A DNA stretch of 64,000 bases from Blastocystis sp. Blastoise (lineage: Eukaryota; Protista; Bigyra: Opalinata): positions 1 to 64,000 of the forward strand of contig JBBPEB010000014.1 of NCBI GenBank assembly GCA_039096225.1. The letters are read 5' to 3'. Numbering within the stretch: the stretch's first letter is position 1; each line of letters opens with the position of its first letter. The position numbers were made by a program, and so were the translations under genes. The notes beneath the pieces are model-generated. The model saw nothing but the letters and a program-made list of their open reading frames with translations, was not told where the DNA came from and did no database searches. Of the stretch, positions 1 through 12,840 are shown in pieces.

Positions 1-1970
1 TATTCTTTTAATATATAATTATTATTCTATATATAGAATTGAACTATCTATCAGCTCAAAATAATCAAATATATTTTATTATTATATATATATATAGACA
101 TATTCAGTTAGTTTATCCTCAAGTATCTAATTGGTTTTTATAAAAATTGTAAACAAATATTCAAATAGTAATATAGTCTTCTAATTAATATTTATAATAT
201 TTTCTTTAGTTATTTTCAATTCTTATTACAAATATCATCTTGATATCTCAATATTTACACTTTTACTTTTGTAATTATAACATTTTTATATAAAATAAAC
301 TAATCTATTATCTTTTTTCAATTATAAATATTCACTATAACATTGTTAACTAATATAAGCATTCTAAATAACTATTTTGATACATAATTCATCCATTCTT
401 AAAAAATATTTTAGTCTATTTTTCAACTTTTAGTCATACTAGTGTATACTATAGACTATTATTCAATGAATAGTATCAATTTTAATTCAAAAGAATAATA
501 TATGTTATTTAAAAATAATAAAATAAGAATAAAAAGAAAAATTATAATAAGAACTTTATCTCTCATTTCAAACTTCTTCTTTTTATTTATTTATTATTTT
601 CATACTCTTAATATTCATTATTTATTATTTTTTATATCTATTAAGATCTCTAGTGATCATATATATATTTTATTTTATACTTTACTAAAACATTATCTTC
701 TCATTCTTATTAATTATTTTCTTAAAGTTATTATTATGTTAAATTCTTATTAATAATCACTTTATAAATTCATTTAACATGTTTTTATAAAATATTTAAA
801 ACAAATCATGTCAAAGTCTCTTTTTTAACTATCTTTAAACTGTTTATGACTCACTTGTTTAATGAATATAACATTCAATTATCAATACTCTGTCACAATT
901 ATTTTTAAAATATTCTTTTATACACACAATTCTTAACATTATTAAACTATTTTGTTTAGAAAACAAGTTATTATCATACACATATGTTTATTAGTCTATA
1001 ATAACTTCATAAAAGTCATTTTTGTTTATTCAAGTCAACATGAGTGAATTCATAGTTTTTTACAAAATGTCTTTAAACTAAACTTTTATTTATTTAAATA
1101 GTATCTATATGTTAATTTACATTGATTGTATTTATATTATGCTATAATTATCATTTAAACATATTAAAAAATTAATTTTTAAAACTAAAATATGAAAAAC
1201 ATATTCAATTATTTCTTCTTTTTTTATTATGATATTTTTACTTTAATTATACACAAAATACATATTAAACACACACACAACCTATATAATAATAATATAT
1301 AATAAAATAAATAATATCAACAATTATAATTCATCAAAGAGCCTCTAGTTGAAAACAAAGTAGAAAAATTTTGTAATTTTTAAATAATTTTCTTTTCTAT
1401 TTTGAATCGTTTCAACGATAATAATTGCTTAAATAATTAATATTTCATATTATATACATTCATAACCACCTTTAAAAATTCTTGAATGTCACTAACACCA
1501 CCTATTGAGCAGAAAACCATCACCAAACACCACTAGCAACGAAAACGACGAAAAGGAAGACCTAAAAAACGACACAATATACTGATGTCTGAACTTATCG
1601 TTCGAAGACATCAGCATCATCGATACAGCATCTTACCTATTATAACAGTATAATATAATATAAAAATAAAATATATACCATAATTAAAATCTTCCCATTC
1701 TTACCTTAAACCTTTTCAAACGTAGTAATTCAAACAGATCCATATATATCACCACATTTCAACAGACCACAAGTATCCTAACACTATAAATAGCTACACA
1801 TTCAAACCCAAGCCAAGAATGGCGTCTATTTATTATTTAATATAAATAATATTTCATTATAAAAATAAAAATAAATATATAGAATTCATTAAATAAATAA
1901 AAATAAAAGAATTACCATTATAACTTTAATAAAAAACAAAAAAAATAAAGTAAAATAAAAAAGCCTCTCA

Positions 1971-2590
1971 AAAAGGTCAACCACTTTTTTACCCTAATAA
2001 CATTTTGGTTGACTTTTTTATTTTAATTCATTCTATTGGCTTGTTTCATCCTACAATTCTACAATTCTAGATTCTGGAATTCTAGAATTGTAAACTACCA
2101 ATCATTTTCATTATCCTACAATTCTACAATTCCAGAATCTAGAATTCTAGAATCCTAGACTACCAATCAAATTCATTATCTTATATTTTATACTCTACAA
2201 TTCTACAATCCTAGATTCTAGAATTCTAGAATTCTAGACTACCAATTATATTTAATATATCTTTTATTATCCAATTATTTTATTTTTCTACAATTCTACA
2301 ATACCCAATCAATTTATTCTATTCATTTTAACCAATTAAATTAATTATTTTCACCCTAATAAAATTTTCAAAACACTTCTTTTAAAATATTACCACTTTT
2401 TTCAACCATTTTTTTACCCTAATAACATTTTGGTTCACTTTTTTACCCTAATACAATTTTATTTCACTTTTTTTTTAATTCATTTTATTGGCTTATTTCA
2501 TTCTACAATTCTACAATCCTAGATTCTAGAATTCTAGAATTCTAGACTACCAATTAAATCAATTATATCCTTTTTTATCCAATTATATTT
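1971..2590. repeat. Duplicated modules of TTCTACAA/TTCTAGAA palindromic octamers upstream of RepHel
   Basis: Four blocks (~2050, ~2115, ~2193, ~2501) of ttctacaa/ttctagaa ending in actaccaat; ~1985-2100 is duplicated at ~2410-2560. Confidence 0.8.
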
Positions 2591-2939
2591 ATAATATTAA
2601 AAAATATTATAACATTTTATAACATACTCTCAATATATATTTTTTTTTCCCTAACCCTAACCAATAAACACTACAAATAATAACGATATAGATATAGATA
2701 ATCAAAATGAAAATAATAATGACGAAAATAATAGCAATATTCCAATTGTTATAAGATTTGAAAACTGTGAAGCATGTATTAAATTAAGTATGCTTAATAT
2801 TATATCATTTTTATAATTCTTTCTTTATGATAATAAAACTATTATTATATTATGTATAGGAAATGAAGAACAAATAATAGAAGAGAATGAAAGAGATATT
2901 CATGGAAATAACAAATATGAATATTATAATATAGGTAAA

Positions 2940-5900
2940 ATGAATCATGTTTGCATTAATTGTGAAGCTCTTCATTTTGAAGCTGAAAGAACAAATTATA
3001 AAATACCAAAATATAGAAAAAATACTAATACGAATATTACATATTATAACAATGATAATAATTATATAATTCAAAATAATTGTTCATTTACAATGTGTTG
3101 TAATAATGGGAAAGTGAAAGTTGAATCACCTAAAACTCCTCCAAGAAATTTGGAACGACTAATTAAAAGTCAGACTCCAAATAATAAATTATTTAGAAAT
3201 GAGATAAGAAGATATAATAATGCTTTTGCTTTTGCTTCTATGTCATGTTCTAATGTAGTAACAAGAATGAATGGTCCAGGACCATATTTTTATAGAGTTC
3301 ATGGTAATGTATATCATTCTATGAGTGATTTATATCCTTCTGATAATTCTCCTCCTTCTTTTAATCAAATATATATTTATGATGAAGAAGAAGCTCTTCA
3401 TATTCGAAATGGAAATAGTATGTTTTCAGAATTATCTTCTGATTTATTATTAAGTATTGATTCTATGATAAGAAATAATAATAAAATATATGAATCTTTT
3501 AAAACATTACATGAACAAGTAACAGAATCAAGAAGAATAAATAATACTACTTATTCACAAGTAAATTTAAAATTACAATTTAAAATAAGTAATTATGATG
3601 ATAGAAGAAGATTTAATGCTCCTACTACAACAAATGAAATAGCTATGATTATACCAAAACAAAATGATGAAGGTTTACCAAATATTAATCTTTCATGTTA
3701 TCCAAGAAGAAGAAGAAATGAAAATAATAATGAAAATGAAAATGAAAATAATAATGAAAATATATCAGAACAACAAATAACAAATCTTAGTTATAATAAT
3801 CCTTTTTGTGATCCTTTAATATATCCATTAATGTTTCCTTATGGATTACCATTATGGAGTTTAGAATCTACTTCTAATATTATACGTAATTCTGAATTAC
3901 ATTTAAATCGTCAAAATAATAATAATAATAATAGAAATATTTCAAATTCAACTAATAATAATAATAATGAGAATGAAATAATAGAAGAAGTAGAAAATGA
4001 ATTAAATAATAGAAATAATTATAGAATAAATAATAATCATACAGAGAATAATGATAGTAATGGAGATGATTCAAAATCGATGAGAATTATTCCAATTTTT
4101 AGAAATAGATCAGAAAGAGGATTTCCATTAGATATTTTAGGAAATGAATTTTATACTATACCTACTATTTCATTAAGAGAATTTTATTCTTATTTATTAT
4201 ATACAAGACATCCTAATCATAAGAATTATTTATTATTATTTGAAAAATTATTATTACAATTTATGGTTGATGCAGCTACAAAAATAGAATATTCAAGATT
4301 ATTATTTATAGCAAATAATCAAACAAAATTAAGATCAGAGAAATATTCTGTATTTAGAGATACAGTGAATGAGATGATACGAAATGGATTTAGTGATGAA
4401 TATATAAGAAGTAGAATGGGAAAAGCAGTTATTATTCCATCAAGTTTTGTAGGTGGTCCTCGATATATGAAGAATTCTTACTTAGAAACAATGGCTATTG
4501 TAAGAGCTTATGGTAAACCAGATTTATTTATAACCATGACTTGCAATCCAAATTGGCCAGAAATCTTAGAATCATTAGAAGAAGGTCAACAACCTTGGAT
4601 GAGACCTGATATAGTAGATAGAGTATTTTATATAAAATTGAAAATCTTAACTCATTTGATAACAAATTTTAAAGTATTTGGAGAAGTAAAATGTATATGT
4701 TATTCTATAGAATATCAGAAGAGAGGAATGCCTCATGCACATATTTTAATTACTTTAGAGAATGAATATAAATTAAGAACTCCTGAAGATATAGATTCCT
4801 ATATATGTGCAGAAATTCCTGATCCTATAAAGAATCCAAGATTATATGAAATTATTACTTCAATGAATATGCATGGTCCTCATACAAGAACATCTCAATG
4901 TATGAAAGAAATAAATGGTCAACAATATTGTTCAAAGAAATTTCCAAAAGAATATAGAAATGAAACTACAATAAATGAAGATGGATATCCAAATTATAGA
5001 AGAAGAGATAATGGTAGAGTATATGTAATAGGTAGGCAATCAAATGTAAATAATACTTTAGATAATAGATGGGTAGTTCCATATAATCCATATTTATCAT
5101 TAAGAATAGGTTGTCATATTAATGTAGAAGTATGTTCTTCAGTAAGAAGTCCTAAATATATATTTAAATATGCTTTTAAAGGACATGATTCTATTAATGC
5201 AGAAATAGAAAGAGAAGATAATACTAATAATAATGCTAATAATAATAATCCAAATAATTCAAATAGAAATGAAATAGAAATACCAAATGAAATGAAATCT
5301 TATTTAAAAGGAAGATATTTATCAGCTCCTGAAGCTATGTGGAGAATATATGGATTTCCAATAAAGTATTGTAATGTGAGTGTAATTACTTTAGATATTC
5401 ATGATGAGAATGATAGAACTGTATATTATGTAGAAGGAGATGAAGAAAGAGCTTTAGATAGAATAATGAATCAAGATACAATGTTAACAGCATATTTTAA
5501 AATGAATGATTTATATATAAATGAAGAATCAAGAGGAACAATGGATGAACCCTCTATTTTAACTTATATAGAATTTCCTAAATATTATACATATGATTCA
5601 AAATTAAAGAAATGGAATCATAGAAGAAGAAATAATAAAGTAATAGGAAGACTTCCTTATATAGATCCTACAAATGATAATTTATTTTGTTTAAGAATAC
5701 TTTTATTACATGTAAGTCGTCCATTAAGTTTTGATGATTTAAAATGTTATGAAGGTCAAATATATAATACATATAGAGAATCCTGTATAGCAAGAGGATT
5801 ATTAGTAGATGATACAGAATATTATGATATTCTTGCAAATGAAGTAATAGATGCTACTCCTTGGCAATTAAGACAATTATTTGGTTTACTTTGTTCTTAT

Positions 5901-7685
5901 TATCCTATTACTGATCCATTATCTATTTGGAATACTTATAGGAATGATATGATAGATGATTTCTTTCATCAATATATAAATGAATATATAAGTATAGATA
6001 GACAAGATGCATATGTATTAGATTCAGAAGATAATGAAGTGAATAGAATAATAGAAGAATATTGTATACCTAGAGCATTAAATCATATAAGAAGTGTTAT
6101 AGATACAAATAAACATAATGGAGGATATCAAAGTACTAATTTACCACAATTTGATAATAATACTAATATGATAGATTATGAATCTGAAGGAATTAATTTT
6201 GAAGAAGATCATAGAATAGCAGAAAGAAATATAAGTTTATTGAATGAAGGACAAAGAAGAGTATATGAATCAATAATGGAATCAGTGAATAATAATGAAC
6301 CTCATAGAAATAATATGTTTTTTATAGATGGACCAGGAGGAACTGGAAAAACATTTCTTTATAATACAATAATTAAATCAATAAGAAATAATATGGATGA
6401 TGTGATAGCAGTTGCATGGACAGGTATTGCAGCTACTTTATTATGTGGAGGAAAAACATCTCATTCACAATTTGGATTACCTTTTGAATTAAATGAATCT
6501 TCTTCTTCTTCTATTTCAAGAGGATCTCCAAGAGCAGAACAAATTAAGAAATGTAAAATAATAATATGGGATGAAGCTCCTATGGCTTCTAAATATGCTT
6601 TAAAAGTAGTTGATCGATTATTAAGATTCTTATATAATGATGAGATAGATATTCCATTTGCAGGTAAAACAATAGTATTAGGTGGAGATTTTAGACAATG
6701 TTTACCAGTAGTAGCTCATGGAAAAGAAGCTGATATAGTTCCTTTATGTATTAAATATTTAGATATTTGGAATGAATTTAATCAATTTCAATTAACAGAA
6801 AATATGAGAGCAAATGCAAATGAAATAGAATTTAAAGAATTCTTATTGAAGATAGGAAATGGTGAGAGATGTAATAATGAATTAAGATTATTATCAAAAG
6901 ATAAAGTACATATTCCAAGAGAATGTATTTGTGATGAGAATATAGGTGAAGAGATATTTCATGAATTCATTAATGATTCAAATACAGATATATATAGACA
7001 GAAATTAGCTTCAAATTGTATATTATGTGCAACAAATGAACAAGCATTTTTAATTAATGAAAGAATTCAAAATATGATAAGATCAAGTTCTCATCATTAT
7101 TATAGTCATGATGAATTAGCAGAAGAAGTAGAAGATATAGATGAAAGAGATGCTTATAGTACAGAATATTTAAATAGTTTAATTCCTCAAGGATGTCCAC
7201 CTCATGATTTAGAATTGAAAAGAGGTTCAGTTATTATGTTATTAAGAAATTTAGACATAAAGAGAGGATTATGTAATGGAACGAGATTAGTAGTATTAGA
7301 TACAAAACCAAATGTAATAAGAAGTCAATTATTAGTAAGAACTGATAATATGTTAGAAGGACAAGATATAGTATTGATTCCAAGAATTAAATTTATAGTA
7401 GATGATAGTGATTTACCATGTAAGTTAAGTAGAAAACAATTTCCTGTCAGATTAGCTTTTGCTATGACTATTAATAAATCACAAGGTCAAACATTTCAAA
7501 ATGTAGGTATTTATTTAGAAAGACCAGTATTTAGTCATGGTCAATTATATGTTGCTTTAAGTAGAGTACGTTCTTTTCATGGTATAAAAATGTTTATAAA
7601 GAATGATAATATTAATCAAGGTCAATTAATCAGAAATAGTAATGAATGGTTTACGAAAAATTGTGTATTTAATGGAGTATTGTAA
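2940..7685 (+). CDS. Helitron Rep/helicase (RepHel) transposase: HUH-Y2 Rep plus PIF1-family helicase; probably extended upstream by splicing (intron 2788-2859)
   Basis: Rep motifs PDLFITMTCNPNWPEI, EYQKRGMPHAHIL (HUH) and KYIFKYAFKG (Y2). PIF1 motifs GPGGTGKT, IIIWDEAPM, GGDFRQ, AMTINKSQGQT and HGQLYVALSRV. N-terminal CxxC..CC. Uninterrupted 1581-aa ORF. Confidence 0.97.
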   Translation: MNHVCINCEALHFEAERTNYKIPKYRKNTNTNITYYNNDNNYIIQNNCSFTMCCNNGKVKVESPKTPPRNLERLIKSQTPNNKLFRNEIRRYNNAFAFASMSCSNVVTRMNGPGPYFYRVHGNVYHSMSDLYPSDNSPPSFNQIYIYDEEEALHIRNGNSMFSELSSDLLLSIDSMIRNNNKIYESFKTLHEQVTESRRINNTTYSQVNLKLQFKISNYDDRRRFNAPTTTNEIAMIIPKQNDEGLPNINLSCYPRRRRNENNNENENENNNENISEQQITNLSYNNPFCDPLIYPLMFPYGLPLWSLESTSNIIRNSELHLNRQNNNNNNRNISNSTNNNNNENEIIEEVENELNNRNNYRINNNHTENNDSNGDDSKSMRIIPIFRNRSERGFPLDILGNEFYTIPTISLREFYSYLLYTRHPNHKNYLLLFEKLLLQFMVDAATKIEYSRLLFIANNQTKLRSEKYSVFRDTVNEMIRNGFSDEYIRSRMGKAVIIPSSFVGGPRYMKNSYLETMAIVRAYGKPDLFITMTCNPNWPEILESLEEGQQPWMRPDIVDRVFYIKLKILTHLITNFKVFGEVKCICYSIEYQKRGMPHAHILITLENEYKLRTPEDIDSYICAEIPDPIKNPRLYEIITSMNMHGPHTRTSQCMKEINGQQYCSKKFPKEYRNETTINEDGYPNYRRRDNGRVYVIGRQSNVNNTLDNRWVVPYNPYLSLRIGCHINVEVCSSVRSPKYIFKYAFKGHDSINAEIEREDNTNNNANNNNPNNSNRNEIEIPNEMKSYLKGRYLSAPEAMWRIYGFPIKYCNVSVITLDIHDENDRTVYYVEGDEERALDRIMNQDTMLTAYFKMNDLYINEESRGTMDEPSILTYIEFPKYYTYDSKLKKWNHRRRNNKVIGRLPYIDPTNDNLFCLRILLLHVSRPLSFDDLKCYEGQIYNTYRESCIARGLLVDDTEYYDILANEVIDATPWQLRQLFGLLCSYYPITDPLSIWNTYRNDMIDDFFHQYINEYISIDRQDAYVLDSEDNEVNRIIEEYCIPRALNHIRSVIDTNKHNGGYQSTNLPQFDNNTNMIDYESEGINFEEDHRIAERNISLLNEGQRRVYESIMESVNNNEPHRNNMFFIDGPGGTGKTFLYNTIIKSIRNNMDDVIAVAWTGIAATLLCGGKTSHSQFGLPFELNESSSSSISRGSPRAEQIKKCKIIIWDEAPMASKYALKVVDRLLRFLYNDEIDIPFAGKTIVLGGDFRQCLPVVAHGKEADIVPLCIKYLDIWNEFNQFQLTENMRANANEIEFKEFLLKIGNGERCNNELRLLSKDKVHIPRECICDENIGEEIFHEFINDSNTDIYRQKLASNCILCATNEQAFLINERIQNMIRSSSHHYYSHDELAEEVEDIDERDAYSTEYLNSLIPQGCPPHDLELKRGSVIMLLRNLDIKRGLCNGTRLVVLDTKPNVIRSQLLVRTDNMLEGQDIVLIPRIKFIVDDSDLPCKLSRKQFPVRLAFAMTINKSQGQTFQNVGIYLERPVFSHGQLYVALSRVRSFHGIKMFIKNDNINQGQLIRNSNEWFTKNCVFNGVL

Positions 7686-7928
7686 TTTATTTTTTTATTT
7701 TCGTATTTTTGTTATGTTTTTCAATTTTCTTATTTTGTCTCATTTAAAAATAATATTTGTTATTACTTTTAAATTTTCAACAATTTATTTGTTTGTGTTT
7801 AATTTGTTAACAATTAAATCTAAAAATTTATATTGTTTAGTTTATAATTCTTTATCATTATCAAAAATAAATAAATAAATAACAAAGAACAAGAAATAAT
7901 TTACTGAAATAGACTTAATAGATACATA

Positions 7929-7957
7929 GCATCGGCGAAGCCGATGCCACCCGCTAG
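7929..7957 (+). other. Helitron 3' terminal hairpin and CTAG end
   Basis: Perfect 8-bp GC-rich stem with GAA loop, ending 10 nt before the CTAG|T junction; canonical Helitron terminus. Confidence 0.95.
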
Positions 7958-8152
7958 TTATTTATAATATAAATAATATGTTTACAAAAATTTAATAATA
8001 AAAAATAATATAAAAATTTTTTTATAATTTTTATAATAATAATAATAATAATAATAATATAAATAAAATGTTATATATAAATAATTAAAAATATTAATAA
8101 TAAAAAGAATAATAAATAAAAAAATAAATACAAATAAAGAAAAATAAAAAAA

Positions 8153-8271
8153 AAAGAACAGCACTAGGACTTCACGGCGAGTCCCCCACACCGCTACTAT
8201 CCTAGCTCGAAGTGGCTTAGCTTCCTAGATCAGACGGGTTAGGGCGTTGTCCACTTGATATGGCCGTTCTC
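8153..8271 (-). rRNA. 5S rRNA copy 1
   Basis: Minus strand reads GAGAACGGCCATATC...CCCGTCTGATCT...GAAGCTAAGC...TAGTA...TGGGGGAC...GTGCTGTTCTTT. Terminal helix, A-box-like AGCTAAGC and oligo-T Pol III terminator. Confidence 0.95.
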
Positions 8272-8931
8272 AAGATATATTTATTATTATTCTATTATTA
8301 TTCTATTCTATTATTATTCTATTCTATTTATTATTCTATTCTATTATTCTATTCTAATATTATTCTATTTATTATTATTATTCTATTTATTATTCTTTTT
8401 ATTATTCTTTTTATTCATTTATTCAAATTTTTTTTTATTTATTTATTTTATTTATTTATTTATTTTTATATTAAAAATCTAACCCTAACCTAAAAATTAT
8501 TTTATATTAACCCTAATCTATTATTTTAATATTCAATTTAACACTAATCTATTATTTTTTATATTAAATCTAAAACCATTATTTTATATTAAACCTAACC
8601 CTAACCCTCCTAAACCCTAAATTATTTTATATTCATTTTAAATCCTAACCCTAAACCACTAATATATATATATATAATTAAAATTATTTTATTTTATCAA
8701 ATATTATTTTATTATTATTATTATTTTATTATTATTATTTATAATATAAATAATATGTTTACAAAAATTTAATAATAAAAAATAATATAAAAATTTTTTT
8801 ATAATTTTTATAATAATAATAATAATAATAATAATATAAATAAAATGTTATATATAAATAATTAAAAATATTAATAATAAAAAGAATAATAAATAAAAAA
8901 ATAAATACAAATAAAGAAAAATAAAAAAAAA

Positions 8932-9050
8932 AAAGAACAGCACTAGGACTTCACGGCGAGTCCCCCACACCGCTACTATCCTAGCTCGAAGTGGCTTAGC
9001 TTCCTAGATCAGACGGGTTAGGGCGTTGTCCACTTGATATGGCCGTTCTC
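8932..9050 (-). rRNA. 5S rRNA copy 2
   Basis: Same sequence as copy 1. Confidence 0.95.
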
Positions 9051-9701
9051 AAGATATATTTATTATTATTCTATTATTATTCTATTCTATTATTATTCTA
9101 TTCTATTATTATTCTATTATTATTATATTCTATTATTCTATTTATTATTATTATTCTATTTATTATTCTTTTTATTATTCTTTTTATTCATTTATTCAAA
9201 TTTTTTTTTATTTATTTATTTTATTTATTTATTTATTTTTATATTAAAAATCTAACCCTAACCTAAAAATTATTTTATATTAACCCTAATCTATTATTTT
9301 AATATTCAATTTAACACTAATCTATTATTTTTTATATTAAATCTAAAACCATTATTTTATATTAAACCTAACCCTAACCCTCCTAAACCCTAAATTATTT
9401 TATATTCATTTTAAATCCTAACCCTAAACCACTAATATATATATATATAATTAAAATTATTTTATTTTATCAAATATTATTTTATTATTATTATTATTTT
9501 ATTATTATTATTTATAATATAAATAATATGTTTACAAAAATTTAATAATAAAAAATAATATAAAAATTTTTTTATAATTTTTATAATAATAATAATAATA
9601 ATAATAATATAAATAAAATGTTATATATAAATAATTAAAAATATTAATAATAAAAAGAATAATAAATAAAAAAATAAATACAAATAAAGAAAAAAAAAAA
9701 A

Positions 9702-9820
9702 AAAGAACAGCACTAGGACTTCACGGCGAGTCCCCCACACCGCTACTATCCTAGCTCGAAGTGGCTTAGCTTCCTAGATCAGACGGGTTAGGGCGTTGTC
9801 CACTTGATATGGCCGTTCTC
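9702..9820 (-). rRNA. 5S rRNA copy 3
   Basis: Same sequence as copy 1. Confidence 0.95.
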
Positions 9821-10472
9821 AAGATATATTTATTATTATTCTATTATTATTCTATTCTATTATTATTCTATTCTATTATTATTCTATTATTATTATATTC
9901 TATTATTCTATTTATTATTATTATTCTATTTATTATTCTTTTTATTATTCTTTTTATTCATTTATTCAAATTTTTTTTTATTTATTTATTTTATTTATTT
10001 ATTTATTTTTATATTAAAAATCTAACCCTAACCTAAAAATTATTTTATATTAACCCTAATCTATTATTTTAATATTCAATTTAACACTAATCTATTATTT
10101 TTTATATTAAATCTAAAACCATTATTTTATATTAAACCTAACCCTAACCCTCCTAAACCCTAAATTATTTTATATTCATTTTAAATCATAACCCTAAACC
10201 ACTAATATATATATATATAATTAAAATTATTTTATTTTATCAAATATTATTTTATTATTATTATTATTTTATTATTATTATTTATAATATAAATAATATG
10301 TTTACAAAAATTTAATAATAAAAAATAATATAAAAATTTTTTTATAATTTTTATAATAATAATAATAATAATAATAATATAAATAAAATGTTATATATAA
10401 ATAATTAAAAATATTAATAATAAAAAGAATAATAAATAAAAAAATAAATACAAATAAAGAAAAATAAAAAAA

Positions 10473-10591
10473 AAAGAACAGCACTAGGACTTCACGGCGA
10501 GTCCCCCACACCGCTACTATCCTAGCTCGAAGTGGCTTAGCTTCCTAGATCAGACGGGTTAGGGCGTTGTCCACTTGATATGGCCGTTCTC
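10473..10591 (-). rRNA. 5S rRNA copy 4
   Basis: Same sequence as copy 1. Confidence 0.95.
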
Positions 10592-11265
10592 AAGATATAT
10601 TTATTATTATTCTATTATTATTCTATTCTATTATTATTCTATTCTATTATTATTCTATTCTATTTATTATTCTATTCTATTATTCTATTCTAATATTATT
10701 CTATTTATTATTATTATTCTATTTATTATTCTTTTTATTATTCTTTTTATTCATTTATTCAAATTTTTTTTTATTTATTTATTTTATTTATTTATTTATT
10801 TTTATATTAAAAATCTAACCCTAACCTAAAAATTATTTTATATTAACCCTAATCTATTATTTTAATATTCAATTTAACACTAATCTATTATTTTTTATAT
10901 TAAATCTAAAACCATTATTTTATATTAAACCTAACCCTAACCCTCCTAAACCCTAAATTATTTTATATTCATTTTAAATCATAACCCTAAACCACTAATA
11001 TATATATATATAATTAAAATTATTTTATTTTATCAAATATTATTTTATTATTATTATTATTTTATTATTATTATTTATAATATAAATAATATGTTTACAA
11101 AAATTTAATAATAAAAAATAATATAAAAATTTTTTTATAATTTTTATAATAATAATAATAATAATAATAATATAAATAAAATGTTATATATAAATAATTA
11201 AAAATATTAATAATAAAAAGAATAATAAATAAAAAAATAAATACAAATAAAGAAAAATAAAAAAA

Positions 11266-11384
11266 AAAGAACAGCACTAGGACTTCACGGCGAGTCCCCC
11301 ACACCGCTACTATCCTAGCTCGAAGTGGCTTAGCTTCCTAGATCAGACGGGTTAGGGCGTTGTCCACTTGATATGGCCGTTCTC
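11266..11384 (-). rRNA. 5S rRNA copy 5
   Basis: Same sequence as copy 1. Confidence 0.95.
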
Positions 11385-12061
11385 AAGATATATTTATTAT
11401 TATTCTATTATTATTCTATTCTATTATTATTCTATTCTATTATTATTCTATTCTATTTATTATTCTATTCTATTATTCTATTCTAATATTATTCTATTTA
11501 TTATTATTATTCTATTTATTATTCTTTTTATTATTCTTTTTATTCATTTATTCAAATTTTTTTTTATTTATTTATTTTATTTATTTATTTATTTTTATAT
11601 TAAAAATCTAACCCTAACCTAAAAATTATTTTATATTAACCCTAATCTATTATTTTAATATTCAATTTAACACTAATCTATTATTTTTTATATTAAATCT
11701 AAAACCATTATTTTATATTAAACCTAACCCTAACCCTCCTAAACCCTAAATTATTTTATATTCATTTTAAATCATAACCCTAAACCACTAATATATATAT
11801 ATATAATTAAAATTATTTTATTTTATCAAATATTATTTTATTATTATTATTATTTTATTATTATTATTTATAATATAAATAATATGTTTACAAAAATTTA
11901 ATAATAAAAAATAATATAAAAATTTTTTTATAATTTTTATAATAATAATAATAATAATAATAATATAAATAAAATGTTATATATAAATAATTAAAAATAT
12001 TAATAATAAAAAGAATAATAAATAAAAAAATAAATACAAATAAAGAAAAAAAAAAAAAAAA

Positions 12062-12180
12062 AAAGAACAGCACTAGGACTTCACGGCGAGTCCCCCACAC
12101 CGCTACTATCCTAGCTCGAAGTGGCTTAGCTTCCTAGATCAGACGGGTTAGGGCGTTGTCCACTTGATATGGCCGTTCTC
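12062..12180 (-). rRNA. 5S rRNA copy 6
   Basis: Same sequence as copy 1. Confidence 0.95.
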
Positions 12181-12840
12181 AAGATATATTTATTATTATT
12201 CTATTATTATTCTATTCTATTATTATTCTATTCTATTTATTATTCTATTCTATTATTCTATTCTAATATTATTCTATTTATTATTATTATTCTATTTATT
12301 ATTCTTTTTATTATTCTTTTTATTCATTTATTCAAATTTTTTTTTATTTATTTATTTTATTTATTTATTTATTTTTATATTAAAAATCTAACCCTAACCT
12401 AAAAATTATTTTATATTAACCCTAATCTATTATTTTAATATTCAATTTAACACTAATCTATTATTTTTTATATTAAATCTAAAACCATTATTTTATATTA
12501 AACCTAACCCTAACCCTCCTAAACCCTAAATTATTTTATATTCATTTTAAATCATAACCCTAAACCACTAATATATATATATATAATTAAAATTATTTTA
12601 TTTTATCAAATATTATTTTATTATTATTATTATTTTATTATTATTATTTATAATATAAATAATATGTTTACAAAAATTTAATAATAAAAAATAATATAAA
12701 AATTTTTTTATAATTTTTATAATAATAATAATAATAATAATAATATAAATAAAATGTTATATATAAATAATTAAAAATATTAATAATAAAAAGAATAATA
12801 AATAAAAAAATAAATACAAATAAAGAAAAATAAAAAAAAA

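Larger units (their letters stand above)
1..7957 (+). mobile_element. Autonomous Helitron; 3' end at 7957, 5' end not identified (start coordinate is a placeholder)
   Basis: RepHel ORF; subterminal hairpin GCATCGGC-GAA-GCCGATGC at 7929-7947; terminal CTAG at 7954-7957 followed by T of the 5S spacer. Confidence 0.85.

Noticed and set aside
2050-2553. Canonical heat-shock elements
   Set aside because: TTCTAGAA repeats have an 8-bp period; a three-unit HSE needs alternating nGAAn pentamers with a 10-bp period.
8478-8660. True telomere or chromosome end
   Set aside because: Only one to three degenerate CCCTAA units per site, embedded in every repeat unit.
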